From the NCBI RefSeq assembly GCF_009914755.1, contig NC_060940.1: DNA of 64,000 bases. One strand, 5' to 3'. Both the position numbers and the translations under genes were made by a program. Below, one piece after another: positions 1-19,963 of the stretch; position 1 is the stretch's first letter, and every line of letters begins with the position of its first letter. The stretch comes from the human T2T-CHM13v2.0 reference genome, Homo sapiens. The notes beneath the pieces are model-generated. The model was not told where the DNA came from, did not search any database, and was given only the letters and a program-made list of their open reading frames with translations.

Positions 1-251
1 AAAATTTTGCCTATTCATAGATCTCAAGTTTCGTGCACTTGCAAGAAACTAATTAAAAGGCAGCCGTGCACGATCTACAAAAACAGCCATAAAGACTGTT
101 ACATTTTAAGTTACAGGAAACAAACCTGCTCCTCTACTATAGCAAGAAACAACTGACTTCCCCTTACATACCCTAAAAAAAAAAAGACTTACACGAGAAA
201 TTTAAACATGGAAGCAGAAATACACCAAGAAAGAGACATGTCAAACCCCAC

Positions 252-354
252 CTGTATATCTGTTTTCAACCATTTGGAGTCAAGGCGAGCCTGGGCAGCC
301 AAACACAAATATTCAGAGGGCATCTTTTCTCCAGCTTCCTCCCAGTTCTCAGGC
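252..354 (-). pseudogene. HERC2: HERC2 duplicate (HERC2P-type), exon 2 with start codon
   Basis: Minus strand reads TTGCAG|GCCTGAGAACTGG...ATG (323-321) and encodes MPSEYLCLAAQARLDSKWLKTDIQ|GTGGG, against the recalled HERC2 N-terminus MPSESFCLAAQARLDSKWLKTDIQ. The 103-nt exon has canonical AG/GT. The substitutions and flanking mosaic point to a paralog, not the parent gene. Confidence 0.93.
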
Positions 355-596
355 CTGCAAGTAAACATACATGTTGAAGACCTAACGCTTTTTAATATTT
401 TACAAAGACACTCCCGAAAAGTTTAATGCAGAAAAAAAAGAACAGAAAGATGGGAGAGAAGAGCTCGGGGAAGGGAATGAAGAGGAAAGAGAGATAGAGG
501 GAAGAGATGGAGGGAGAGGGAGGTGGGGAAGGGAAAGCCTCCTTCCTAGATAGGCAAGGTATGCCGGGTTTCTGCACCACGCTGGCGAGACCTTGA

Positions 597-991
<395 letters not shown>

Positions 992-1139
992 AGGAAGCCC
1001 ATCGTTTGAACGACAAATGACAGCAGCGTGAATCTGCCGCTTTACCCAACAGCAGGGCGCCTGCATGAAACAAATTACTCAAAAGGCTCACCTGCAGAAA
1101 AACCCACAGCCACCACCACTTAGAGATAGAGAGAGGCAG

Positions 1140-1610
1140 GGGGCTGCGCCGCGGGCGGTCCGCGCAGCAACCCCCCCCCCCGCCCCCCCACCCCTTGTGC
1201 CTCCCGCCAACCCCGCACCGCCTCCGACGCCGGACGCCCCGGTGCCCCAGGCCAGGACCTGAGGCGCAGGGCCCGGCCTCCTCGCCCCGCAGGCGTGCGC
1301 ACACAGCCTCCCAGCAGCCGCTGGCTCAGCCGGCGCCCGCGATCCCGACGCCTCTCGCTACCCGAGGGGCGTGCCCGCGCGGGACTGCCGCCCCCTCCAC
1401 CGACCCGCGCTTACCGCCAATCGCAAGGCGGCTCTGCGGGCGCAGCCAATGGGGAAGAGGAGCCCTTCCCTGCTCCTCCTGACTCTCCCGCTTCCCGCAA
1501 TCCCGTTTATCTTCCTACTTGGAGCTCACCCACTGCAGCCAGGGCCAACCGCCGGCGCCGGAAGGCGGGATTTCCGCGGCACGCACGCACGCCCGCACTC
1601 CCACGGGAGT
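1140..1610. promoter_or_regulatory. CpG island / HERC2-paralog promoter
   Basis: Dense CpG. CCAAT boxes at 1417 and 1446, ETS-like CCGGAAG at ~1558, adjacent GGCGGGA, and GC boxes. Confidence 0.85.
1259..1337 (-). pseudogene. HERC2: HERC2 duplicate, non-coding exon 1 (5' end approximate)
   Basis: Minus strand GGCGCCGGCTGAGCCAGCGGCT...GGCCGGGCCCTGCGCCTCAG|GT resembles the recalled HERC2 5'UTR and would splice to GCCTGAG of exon 2. Confidence 0.8.
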
Positions 1611-1715
1611 CAGTTTCTCACCAGCTGAATTATTTGAATTTAGCACCACTAAAAGTGGAGCAATCAGGTACGGAGTGCCTCCAGAGCTGATGTAGCAGAA
1701 ATCACTGACACCATC

Positions 1716-1988
1716 TTTTTTTTTTTTTTTTTTTTTGAGACAGTCTCATTGCGTCGCGGAGGCTGGACTGCAGTGGCATGATATCAGCTCACTGCAACCT
1801 CCACCTCCCGGGTTTAGGTGCCTCAGCTTTCCGAGTAGCTGGGATTACAGGCATCTGCCACCCACCCGGCTAATTTTTGTATTTTCAGTAGGAACGGAGT
1901 TTCATCACAAACTGCTGACCTCTGGTGATCCGCCCGCCTCAGCCTACCAAAGTTCTGGGATTACAGGTGTGAGCCGCCGTGCCCGGCC
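1716..1988 (-). mobile_element. Alu (S-type, internal deletions)
   Basis: Poly-T followed by reverse-complement Alu ending ...GCCCGGCC. Confidence 0.92.
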
Positions 1989-2011
1989 TATTTCAGATAT
2001 TTTAAATATTA

Positions 2012-2491
<480 letters not shown>

Positions 2492-2628
2492 TTAAAGAGG
2501 CATCCTGACATCTCCACACTTGCACACTGAAGAACGCAACATCATGATTAACTTTTTAAAGGAATATTACAAAAATCACAGCATCCGAAAATTTTTTGGT
2601 CATTGCAATGATCTTGATCAGGCAATGA

Positions 2629-3007
<379 letters not shown>

Positions 3008-3097
3008 GCAAAAGAGACTTTTTAATTCTCCAGAGGAATCTGAAAAATAAATTGTATTTTCACTGGATGCCTTGGCTGAGAGAAGACTGAAAGACTA

Positions 3098-3539
<442 letters not shown>

Positions 3540-3688
3540 TTAGTATCATTTTTCCTCCACCAACAAACCTGACTTCACCCTGTTTCTTCTCTTTGCCTAC
3601 TACCAGTTATCTCAGTAACTTATCTCCCTGAATAAAGGAATATGATAAGTTAAAATAAAATAATTTATTTTAAAAACTTGTTTAAATA

Positions 3689-4014
3689 GGCCGGGCACGG
3701 TGGCTCACACCTATAATCCCAGCACTTTGGGAGGCTGAGGTGGACGAATCATGAGGTCAGGCGATCGAGACCATCCTGGCTAATATGGTGAAACCCTCTC
3801 CACTAAACATACAAAATTAACCGGGCCTGGTGTCGGGTGCCTGTAATCCCAGCTACTTAGGAAGCTGAGGCAGGGGAATCACTTGAACCCGGTAGGGGGA
3901 GGTTGCAGTGAACCAAGATCGGGCCACTGCACCACTGCCCTCAAGCCTGGGCGACAGAGCGAGACTCCATCACACACACACACACACACACACATACACA
4001 CACACACACACACA
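3689..4014 (+). mobile_element. Alu with (CA)n tail
   Basis: Alu 3689-3971 followed by a (CA)n microsatellite. Confidence 0.93.
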
Positions 4015-4126
4015 CTGTTTATAAATAAATTAATAATTTATTTTTAAAAATTAATAGACTGAATCTGTAGGCTTTGTAATATCTAGTTTATCTACTCCAA
4101 TACCTCTTGGAGGCATACTTCCTTTA

Positions 4127-4597
<471 letters not shown>

Positions 4598-4773
4598 GTA
4601 TGTGATCTTGAGCAAGTTTCTAAGCCTCTTTGTGCCCCAATGTCCATTTCTTACAATAGGGATAATAATAGTAACCTTTAAGTGAGTCATTACGCATAGA
4701 GTTTAATTAGAAGAGCTCTTGACATACAGCAAATACTAAAAACATTCAGTAGCATCCACAGTAGAAAACGCAG

Positions 4774-5380
<607 letters not shown>

Positions 5381-8300
5381 GATGTATTTGGATGGTTAAT
5401 GCATTTTTAATGTATAATCATCTACTGTAGTTAAAAGATGATCAAATGTGCTGATTCACTCAGTGTGTTTCAAATGCAGGACTTAAGGAACAATATGCCA
5501 TAAGCCACCAACTTATTGTTTTCTTTTAAATTATATATCTAACACGCATACATACACACACACACACACACATATATACAAAATGTTAATAATGATGAAA
5601 ATTTTGAGCATCATGAAGAATAGTATATATGTAATATATGTTTTTTCACAAGAGTTTTCCAACTTCTGTACTTTTTTTTTTAGTAGAATACATTAGATAC
5701 TACAAAAGAAATGAAAACAAAATGATGTGGAATAGCATGTAAACAATAGAAGGAAGTTTTTGAAGACTGTTACAACACAGCTTCCCTAGCTAATAATACC
5801 TGAGAAAACCTGCACATGTGGCATATATGTGTCGCTACCTTTTAGCATATATAATGGGTTTATTAATATTTCTTCATAGCATTGATGGGATGAATATATA
5901 AAATAGTATCTATAAATACCTAGACCTTTGCTGGGTGTATAGTAAATATTGTGTTAAAATAGAACTCTTCCATCTTTCTGCAGAAATACTCTATGCAGTG
6001 ATTACTTCTGGCTGTGATACATAAAAACAGGAAAATCTCAATAGAGAAAAAATATGTATTGATGATACATAATCTGGATTTTTCCAAAGTACAAAAACTA
6101 TGAATTGGGTTGCAAGGATTTCATGTTAAGACAACAGTAAGAATAAAGACATGGAGTAGAAGATACACACGTTGAGTAGGTTTAACAGGCCTGAGCAAAA
6201 GATGCATATAATGAAACGTCACAAGAACAGACTAGAAATTCCTCTAAGCCTGTTGCGAGAGCCAAAGAAAATACATCTGTATTTGACTGTTGATAATGAG
6301 GAATTTCTGAAAGGTTGACCTATAGAAGTTCTGAAAAAATGCTTCTAAACAAACCAGATTCCTTTGTCAAACAGATAAGGGAAATTATGGATATGTAATG
6401 CCACTTTAGAAATTTCAAATGCACATTAACAAAGCAACAGCAAAAAGCAAACCCCATTTAACATTGTTTAACCTAGATTTTATGAACTTATTTACCAAGG
6501 AAACTCTCCCATCTGTATTTCCCTACTTGTAATACTTATTAAGAATCACTATTTTGGTGTCGTTGGAATTTACTTAGAGAAATGCGGTCTAACCTCTGCT
6601 TTAAGAAGACAACTCTGGCAGAACTATCAATTGGAAAAAGAGAGTTTAGATGCTAGGAGGCCATTATAATAGCTCACTTGAGAGCTAATCTGTGCATGAC
6701 TCTGATGGGAGAAAATAAAACTGAGAAAAAGGCATGCATTGGAGGCAACAATCCTTGGAATGTGATTGACTGTAGAGAATAATGAATGTGGAAGACCCAG
6801 AACAGACTTTAAAATGTTAAGCCCAAATGACTGTCTGACAGGTGGTATCTGTAACAAAAATTGGAAACTCTGAAGGAAGAACAAGATTCTGAGGAAACGA
6901 CTAATTTTTTAATGTGTTGAGCTTGAGGGCCTGCTTTGGAACTAACAGGCAGCTGAAGATTTCATTTCATGTCAAAGAAACTTAATTTAAAATCCATCAA
7001 GTACTAAACTCAGAGCTAAATGTGAAGGACTGAAATACCAACTTGCCCACCATGTTAGGTTTATGAGAGCTCAATGCAGAAATGCCTCTGAAGTGGGAAA
7101 ATCTATAATTTCTCCGAAGAAGCACTGTCTGTGCTCTGGAGGTCAGAAACTTTCTAGACTCATGTCTTCATTAGGGCAGATCGAGAAGCCTTTTAGAAAT
7201 TAAATTTTGGACATGCCCATGTGTCCTCTGAGCCTGTCCTTTCTGTCAGAAGTCACGCAGAGACCCAAATGTCAAAAAGGGACACACTCTTTTGTTGATG
7301 CACAAGATTGTGGCATTCCAATCTCTTTCTGAAAATACATTATTGGATTCTTTGCAGCCAAATTCTTAAGAAAAGTTTGGTATTGGAGACTAATATTCCA
7401 TGAAGAATTACCTGAAGCATGAGGAAATCATCCCTTTAGATCAGTGGATTTTTTGCTTTAATTTTTAAATTGACACATCATTGTACATATTTATAGGGTA
7501 TAGGGTGATATTTTGATTAGATCAGTGTTTTATATAGCATGTTATGTAAAGCTTCTGAGAAGAGTCAGGGAGCATCTTAGAAAGCAAAATGGAGTCTGTA
7601 AACAGACATGTAATGAATACTAAGACATGTAATGAATCTTCATGCCCTCCCAGATATTTCAGAGACATCCAGTTATGTTGGGATCACGTGGAAAGATCTA
7701 AGAGACTCTGAGGTGAAGTGCCATGAATCACTCTGGGGCTGAGGCAGTAAAAAGCCCCTGCCTCCTTCCCAGGTTCTCTCCTTTTCCACTTCCAGTACTT
7801 TGAAGGTTACGTGCAATGTGTGTCATAGGTTAATGATAGAGGAGTTTATTCTGACTGACATTGAACTTTATGGGAGCAACCCACAAACTTTGGTGTGGTT
7901 GAGCCACTGAGAATTCAAGCTTAGTATCTTCTTGTTGCTGTTGCTGTTTACCAACACTGTGGTATTTCTACAGGGCTCAAGCGGGCAGAGAAATTCCATG
8001 TGAACAAGAATGTCTCATGTTGGGCTTCTGTATAAATTGTGCTGTTGAAAAATGTTAAGCAGATAAAAATTTTAGAAATTCATTGCTCCACACTGTATCG
8101 ATACTATTTTTGTCTCAGTCGAAGCCATCCTAAAGTTATATATACTTAGATCATATAATCTTCAATAGAATTGTTTTTACCAAGTTGCTTTTTGATGTTA
8201 TAGATGAGCCTTAAGTAATTCACAACTGAATTCATACACAAATGTTATTGAGTCTATTTCCCACCATGTTAGAGAGGTTTATGAGAGCTCAATGCAGAAA

Positions 8301-11300
8301 TGCCTCTGAAGTGGGAAAATCTATAGTTTCTCCAAAGAAACTATTATAGTTGTAACAGAAAGAATGATGGAAAATAATAAGATAGAAAATCGTATGAAGG
8401 AGTACAGAAGATGGGGCACTATTGAAGGGATTATTTAACAGCAATAAGGATGAAAATGTGTCATTGAAATTCTTTAGGTTCCACATAGAAATTGCACCAG
8501 TTTATCCCGGCAGACATATTGTTTAGAAGTTTTTAAGAAAAGAAATTTTTGAATCATGGTTTTACACTGTTTTAGGTCATGGGAACTAGTAAACATGTTT
8601 CACTCTGCAGACTATTAGTCAACATTTAGATCATGCTTTTCAATAAAGAATGTCAAATTGTGAGAGGAGAATCGATAGATCTAATTGTTACAGTCACTCA
8701 ACTGACATGTTGACGGGCCTGGAAAATTTCTCACATGAATAATGGGTGAAGAGTCAAAGAATGATTCTTTTGGGGAAAAGAAGACCTGCCAGGGTTTTGG
8801 AAAGGGTATGTGTATGCATTTAGTATTGTTTAGTGTGGTAGCTCTATGGTCCTGACTGTCACATATTTATTGGGCTGCCATGTGTTAGGTGGAAACACAA
8901 AGCTGTCATTTTTTTGTAGGACAGAAAAGGCTGAATACTGACAATTTCATATGGTTCCACCTAATAGAATAGGAAACACAGGTATCTCTGAATTGTTTAT
9001 CTAAGGTAGAATTTGGGGAAGAACTTAGAACTTATAAAAATTAAATTTTAGACTAAAATATATAGATATATCTAGAGTTGTTCAAAAATGAAAATAGAGC
9101 TGAAATATCAAGTGCTATAATGGAGTTCACATAAGAATTCCATGCTTTATATTTGAGGTTGGATATGTGCTTTTTCTTTATCCCTTTCATTTATATGGAT
9201 CTAATCTTCTATAATGTTTAAAACATTTTGATTGAGATGTTCTTTGGCATTCTTTTTTCTCTTGATTTAAAGATCTGCTTTACAACCAAACAGTAAGATT
9301 AAACAAAACAAAACAATGCCCATGGCTTCATGATCACTCTACCCATTTAGAAAGGCCTTGTGCATGGCCTATTATGGTCATCTTGAAATTCTTTGTAATT
9401 TTTTATCAAAGGGTTCTACATTTTCACTTTTTACTGGGCCCTGAAAATTATGCACCCAGTCCTCAATCCGTGGTCTTCTTAAATTTGCATGCAGATTAGA
9501 ATTATAAAGGTACATTAATTCTAGGCCGTCAAAGCCTAGCTTATAACTTTCAAATTACATTTGGGAATTGTTCTTATATAACAGCATTTATTGCTCCAAA
9601 GATCATTATGTAATAACTACTAAATAATCTATATGATTGTACATTTGGGAAACCATGAAAACTTTCTAAAAGAGCTCTGCTGTTTTATGTAACAATCATG
9701 AAATATTTCCAAATGCATAAATATAAACAATTACAATAGAAAATCTGAGAGACAAAAAAAGCTATGATAGTATACCAATGCAATTTCTTGAAAACAGATA
9801 CACATGAAACAAAGAATAAAGGAACAGCAGGAAAATGTGCCACTATTGTGGTTACAGCTTTGAGGCAACACATTAAAATGCCAACCAGACACAGGTGGCA
9901 ACAGATGTATCTACCACCAAAAAAAAAAAGTTAAATCAAGTGAAAAATTTCAAATGAAGTAACTGTTCAGTGAAAAGGAAAAAGAATAAAAACCACATCT
10001 GCTTACATGGCAATGAAACATGAAAGATTCTGCTAAACATTTATGTTGAAAATTAAGATGGAGGTAATTATGCACACTCATCCAAAAATAGAAAACAAGG
10101 AATTAGTGGACCAATGCCAATGTTAATTTTGAAAACCTCAAGAAGAAGAAAATTAAGATATGGTTGATAGGTTCTCTACAATATAGCAAGAAAACTCTGC
10201 CCAAATTCTAAAGGATACAAAGTCTACTCAATTTAAAAACAAATGGCACGTTTCTGTTTCTTAAAAGACATACGCATAATCTGTGAGTGCATTTTCTACT
10301 TTAGAGACCATTTGAATTAAAATCCTTAAGTTCTTATGAATGTTTTCAAAATATGTACAGTAAATGAATAAAGCCCACAGTTATTTAAGGATAACATTTA
10401 AAATTATTTACTAAATCTTTAATATTAAAATAATAGTACATGCCATCCAGTCATAATCAAAAAAGCCAAGGTGATTATGGAGTATTGAGGCTGAAAAGAG
10501 CAAGATCTAAACCAACCTATTCTGGACTTCACTGTCAAGGAAAAAAATTGAGAGGAAAATTTTCAGAAAATACTTATACTTGTGAGATTGGTGATGAGAA
10601 ACAATCTGTGAAATATTGCCATTTCTCTGGAGTAAAAATTTTAAATGATTGGTTATCACGATGTCCCTTTCTCTTCACACTCAACATCTTTCTGATTTGC
10701 TCCTCACATCTCAGGCATGCTGAGGCTATAATGTCTTTCCGTCTACCTTAGGTTTACTATTTTAAAATTGATTTTTGATGTTGTTGTGAACATGAATTTT
10801 GTATTAATACAGGAGGATGGGGTGTGTATTTCTGAAAGTCCAGAGTTGTAGGGGCAAAGAAGAGATTTCTGGAGTTCCCCTGCGTGCCTGCTTACAGAGG
10901 TTTCCTTCCTGATATTGTCAACTTCTACAATTCTTGCTCTGGCTCCATTTTAAAGCCCTGAGCAGTTAAGTGTCTTTTCCCGACCCTCATTTATACTACC
11001 ATGAGGCTCCTTTGTAACATGAAATGTACAATGTGACCAATTGTTGGCTGCCCAAACAAACATACGTTAGGACTTTTCACTCTGGCCTCCTATACTGAAA
11101 CATCATTCACATTTAGTAAAGGAAGGGGCACTCTGTTAAACTCACCACATTCTTTACTTTATGGAGTCAGATAGAGATATTCCACTAAGTCCTTTTGCTT
11201 GATCCCATAGAGACCATCCTAGGAAAACTGAATTAATATGAGAGCAGGTAGAGTGAATATTCATTAAAGTCATTTACAACAACATCCAATAGTGTCTCCA

Positions 11301-12779
11301 AGTGGAACAGATATTTAGAGACCATTTGGCAGGAGATAGGATGGGGAAAGAGAGTGGCTGATGCATGCTGAGAAGTAGGAGGAACAATCCAGCTTTTAAA
11401 ATATTGTTCTTGTTAAGAGTCTGTTTATCAGGTTAAACACAGTCAAGTGGTCAGTTGGGTCTAATAATTCAGTAACTGAGAACAGATGGAGAATACATGG
11501 ATATGTGTCTGTGTGTACACTCACATGCAAAACCAGTTGCCCTGACTTTATCTTACTTACATCAATCTATTTACTGATTTTGATAGGAAGAGTATGTATT
11601 TTAGATACCTCAAGAGTATCTCCTGAAATACTTCCATATTCTTGCCTTTTGAAGAATCTTTTTAAAGGAAGAAAAATAATTATTAGCAAAGAATTCACAT
11701 TCCCAATGGCTCCATTTTCATCTCCTTAATCAGGTGTTAAAATTCATGGCTTGGGAAAAGTGGGATGTTTACAAGGCCTATCTATACCATTTATCTATAC
11801 CATTAGTTTTAATAGCCTGTTCACTTGAACAATTTCTAAGTATGTGGTAAAAGAAACTAAACTAAAATAATAATGCATTATATTTGAAAACATCAGTATC
11901 CTGTACACAAAACTTCCATAAGTAGTTCTTCCTAGATTGAAACTAGAACTAATCCATTTCCAAAATCATCTATATTTTTCTGAAGACAAAAAAAATGTTG
12001 CTACAGATAATTGCCATAGGCTGCAAATATTCTGATTCATCCAGTATTTCTCTCTTGTTGCATGTTGTATAGATAAATATAATGCATCAATATTAGGATA
12101 GCATATATTTTGTTAAATGTTAATGCAGAATTCTAAATTTTCTAGCATTCACAGAAAAGCAAGCTACTGATAGTAAGTAGTATTTAAAGAGAAATCTTAT
12201 CTACTACAATGAATTGAGAAATCCAGGATATTAAGACCACAAAAATGATTGTTTAGATGATTTAATTATAGCACAACAGGCTTTTCTGCTGATAATGTTA
12301 TAATTATGTTTTAATAACCCAATCTCAACAAACATAGCTAGAGTACAAATGATGAGCACAAAAATCCATCTCATCTGTAGCTCAGACTAGTATTTCAAAT
12401 GTAATTTCTCTATTAGTAATTTAGTCTGATTTTTATAATTCATTAGAATAAATCAATAACTGACTTAGAAATCACTTCTGTGATTTTTTTTCCACAGAAA
12501 CATTAACAATACCACAAGCATTAAAATGTTGAGAAATATTTGTATATGATGATGTCAGTGGATGTTCCTTTCCTCAGCTAATAAATTCTAGTATAAAGTT
12601 TTCAGATCTGTACACAAAAATGGATCATAAAAATATAATCATGGTAGAAACTAGCAATTTTATGAATGTGGAGAAAGAGTTCAAATAGTACTTTTGTACT
12701 GTACTGTGTCCATGCAAAGCTTCATTCAATCAAACAAAAACAATACTGAATTTATTATGTTAAAATATTTAAGGACACT

Positions 12780-13134
12780 CTGGTAGATGAGATCATTTTC
12801 CTGCATTTGTTCACACTCTCTCCTATCTCCATCTCTAAGGGACAGATATAATTCCCCACTCCTTGACTTTGATCCTTGCTGTGTGATTTTGCTTAAGCCA
12901 AAGGGGTATCTTAGAGGATTTCAGGCAACAGAAGCCTGGCATGTTTTTGCACAGGCAGGTTGCACTCCTGACTTTTGCCATAACAATAACATGCTTCAAG
13001 TACCCGGGAGGGCTGAGGAGAATCACAAATACGTAGAACAGATCTGGACACCAGCTGCAGCTTCAAGCCAATGCTAGCCAAGCCCAGCCTAGATCAGCTG
13101 AACTGCGTCTGACCAGAGGTGCATGAACAAGGAA
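12780..13134 (+). mobile_element. MLT1-type MaLR LTR, 5' part (remainder apparently at ~16300-16680)
   Basis: AGCCAAGCCCAGCCTAGATCAGCTGAACT...GCATGAACAAG is typical of MLT1H/I/J. After the ABHD17A insert it resumes as AATGTTTATT...[Alu]...GCAGAATCATGGTGGCAATGGCTAA. Confidence 0.65.
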
Positions 13135-16626
<3,492 letters not shown>

Positions 16627-17639
16627 GTTTTGCATAGATTTTTTAATGCAGAATCATGGTGGCAATGGCTAATGGCTACCAAGGTGCCATCATTCAACAA
16701 TCCTGTTATTCAGTCATCACATCTACTAAGTGTAAGCCATAATATCTTCTAAAATGAATTATAACTATTTTCTAATTGAAATAAATGGTATCACAATATT
16801 TCACTAAGTAATCTCTGCTAGTTTAGTCTCTATTTCATCTCCACGGAATGCCTTCTGAGTTCCTATAATTGTGACTAATTCTCTGAGACGACATCAGAAA
16901 TATCAGTATAAACTATGAAACCTACAAAGGGGATTCCTCTTTTTCCTTTTTATTATAGAGATGCTTTTCTGTTTGTTTTCTGCACGCAAGTATGGTCTTA
17001 ATCAATTTTGTATGCCCGTACCTAGGAGAGCCCCTGATTCATAATAAGACCTCAATAAGATTTGTTGAATAAAGTGAAAATATTATTTTTAGCTTTCCCT
17101 CACCATTTTCTTCAAAACAGACTAGTTCATAACTGAAATAGGCATTGTTTCTAGAAAACAGTCACTCCAACTGATCCCCTCATTTAATCATTTTTGTACT
17201 CCCTGAATCTATCATAATACCTGGCACATAGTGGGTAAGTAATCAATATTTGTTCACTGAACTAATGGAAGCATGAGTGAATGAAACAATACAGGCATTT
17301 TAAAAGTATAATTCAAGAGTGAAAGCATATTACTTGTCATTAGAGTGATTTTAAACAGCTAAGTATATGATAATTAGGAAGATTTACTTTCCTGCTTCAT
17401 TTAAATTTTAAATATAGTGATCGAGGTAATTATGATTTTCATTCATTTATTCAATAAATGAATGTTTAATATTTTTTATCTCACATGATAGATTGATACT
17501 GGTCAAAGACATTACAATGATATTATACATAAAGATTTGTTTTAAATTTACAATATCTTGAAATTTTTCTCTTGTTAATCTACAAAGTATATTTATAGGT
17601 TAGGAAATATACTTTTTAAAATGTCAGATAATGATATTT

Positions 17640-17965
17640 TTATTTTCTATTTTATATTATTATTATTTTTGATACAAGGTCTCACTGTGTCACCCACACT
17701 GGAATGCAGTGGCATAATCATGGCTCACCACAACCTTAACCTCCCAGACCCAGGTGATCCTCCTACCTCAGCCTCCTGAGTTGCTAGGACTACAGGTGCC
17801 CGCCACCTTGCCCGGCTAACTTTTTACTTTTTTTTTTTTTTTTTTGGTAGAGATGAGTTTTCACCATGTTGCCCAGGCTGGTCTTGAACTCCTGCGCTCA
17901 AGCAAAACGGCAGCCTTGGCCACCCAAAGTGTTAGGATTACAGGCATGAGCCACCACTGTGGGGC
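17640..17965 (-). mobile_element. AluJ-like
   Basis: Diverged antisense Alu. Confidence 0.9.
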
Positions 17966-18642
17966 AGATAATGATAGTTTTTCAAGAATCGGTAAAACAT
18001 TGTCCTTCAATGAATTAGTGCAGAAGCATGAAAAACATCTATTATGAGCAAATCTGTGAAACAGATGTTGAAATTAGTATTCTAATAAGGCTTTTGTGCT
18101 TTTTGATGATACAAAATAATTTTGCTATGACAATACAGTTACTTAAATGAGAAGTATGAATAACTTGCTTTGATATGTTTGTGGTATGTTTCACTTATTT
18201 TTTGAGAAGGGTAATTATTAAATTTAAACTATATATGTAAAGAGTGCACATCAAATATTTTAAAACCCTGAAGAGTTAGGTCTTCATTTCAAGAATTGTT
18301 AAGTGTCTTAAGAACATGTTTATTTTCTAGAAATGTTGAGCCTCTTCTTGGGTAATGTGATTCTTTTAAAAATTTTGGAAGGATTTCTTATTACATTAAA
18401 AATGAATGTACACAATAGGAAGTTACTAGGATAAAGTGAATTTAGCAGCTATCTTGCTTTGTTATATGTCTTATAAATTAAAATTACATTTTCATAATTA
18501 AAAGCCAAGCTCATTTGCTTTGATAAGACTAAGAGGAAAGGAGTATTAAATGAAGTTAAATTAGATTTTACCGTCTTTTTAATAAGTTTCAGGCCTGGTT
18601 TGATAATATATTCCCAGATGCATAATTTAAAAATGATCTTTT

Positions 18643-18967
<325 letters not shown>

Positions 18968-19925
18968 TTAGTGAGAGCTGGTTATAGTTTGGAACCTCAT
19001 TTGTGAAATAAACCATATTTCAAAATATTTTAAGCAGAAATACATTTAAGTTTTAGCCTATAAATTACCAGAATTTATCCTAGTCACCTAAATAAAAAAT
19101 ATAAAAGTTCTACATTTTAACGTCCTTTCAACATTTTATGACCAGAAAACCCAGCAGATAAACAGCTCAGGTCTTAATGGGAAATGATAACATAAGATCA
19201 GAGGCATCCACATAAATAAATTTGTATCCAACACAAAACAATTACATACGCTTTAATCAAAAAGAAATTACCAATGGCCAACCCCAATCCCACTACTTTC
19301 AAAAAAAAGTCCTCAAGCTTTCCTTTCCAGTTGAATGTACACTGATGGAAATGGTTGTTTTATGCAGACAATTGATGTTTTTAAATGAAATGTCTAATAG
19401 GGAAGTCAGTGCATTACACTACCCATTCGAGAAAGCAGCCTTCCATTGAATTTACTCAGACAAACTAATTGCTGAATTAGATGACCATGGAAAGTTATTG
19501 AGGGCATATCCAGCGCTTCCTTCTGAACCAAAACTAAATCAGTTTTGGTCAGTACTGCATTTCTATTCAAAATCAAGAACTGTTCGTCCCTCTGGAATAT
19601 TAGTATCATAAGCCTGGGGAGGTGACAATGTCATGTAATGGAGTTGTGGGGAAAGGAGTCAGAGTGTTGTGGCAATTCCCCGACCAAGGGAAAGAGTCTG
19701 TAGAAGTTCATAGAATCAGCTGACGTGCTATGGTCAAAGAATTCGGAATTAGCAATTGACCAATCAATTATGATTAACTCATTCTGTATGACTATCATAG
19801 GCTATTAAAAATAGGAAAGGGTGTTTCTAAAGTGTGTTTCATAACAAGTGATTTAATGATAAAAGCTTGGACAGTTTTCAGAATACAAAAATTCCGAGAT
19901 ACTAATATCTTTAAAAACTCCTGTC

Positions 19926-19927
<2 letters not shown>

Positions 19928-19960
<33 letters not shown>
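19928..19960. repeat. (GT)n microsatellite
   Basis: Direct reading. Confidence 0.97.

Positions 19961-19963
<3 letters not shown>

Noticed and set aside
7603-7637. Short tandem duplications (AGACATGTAATGAAT x2; also GTTTAATGTAGGAGAAT x2 at ~50709-50742)
   Set aside because: Ordinary slippage events with no sign of function.
19422-19612. Possible minus-strand exon (CTCCCCAG|GCTTATGAT...)
   Set aside because: One frame has several stops, the open frame matches no protein I recognise, and the donor site is weak.
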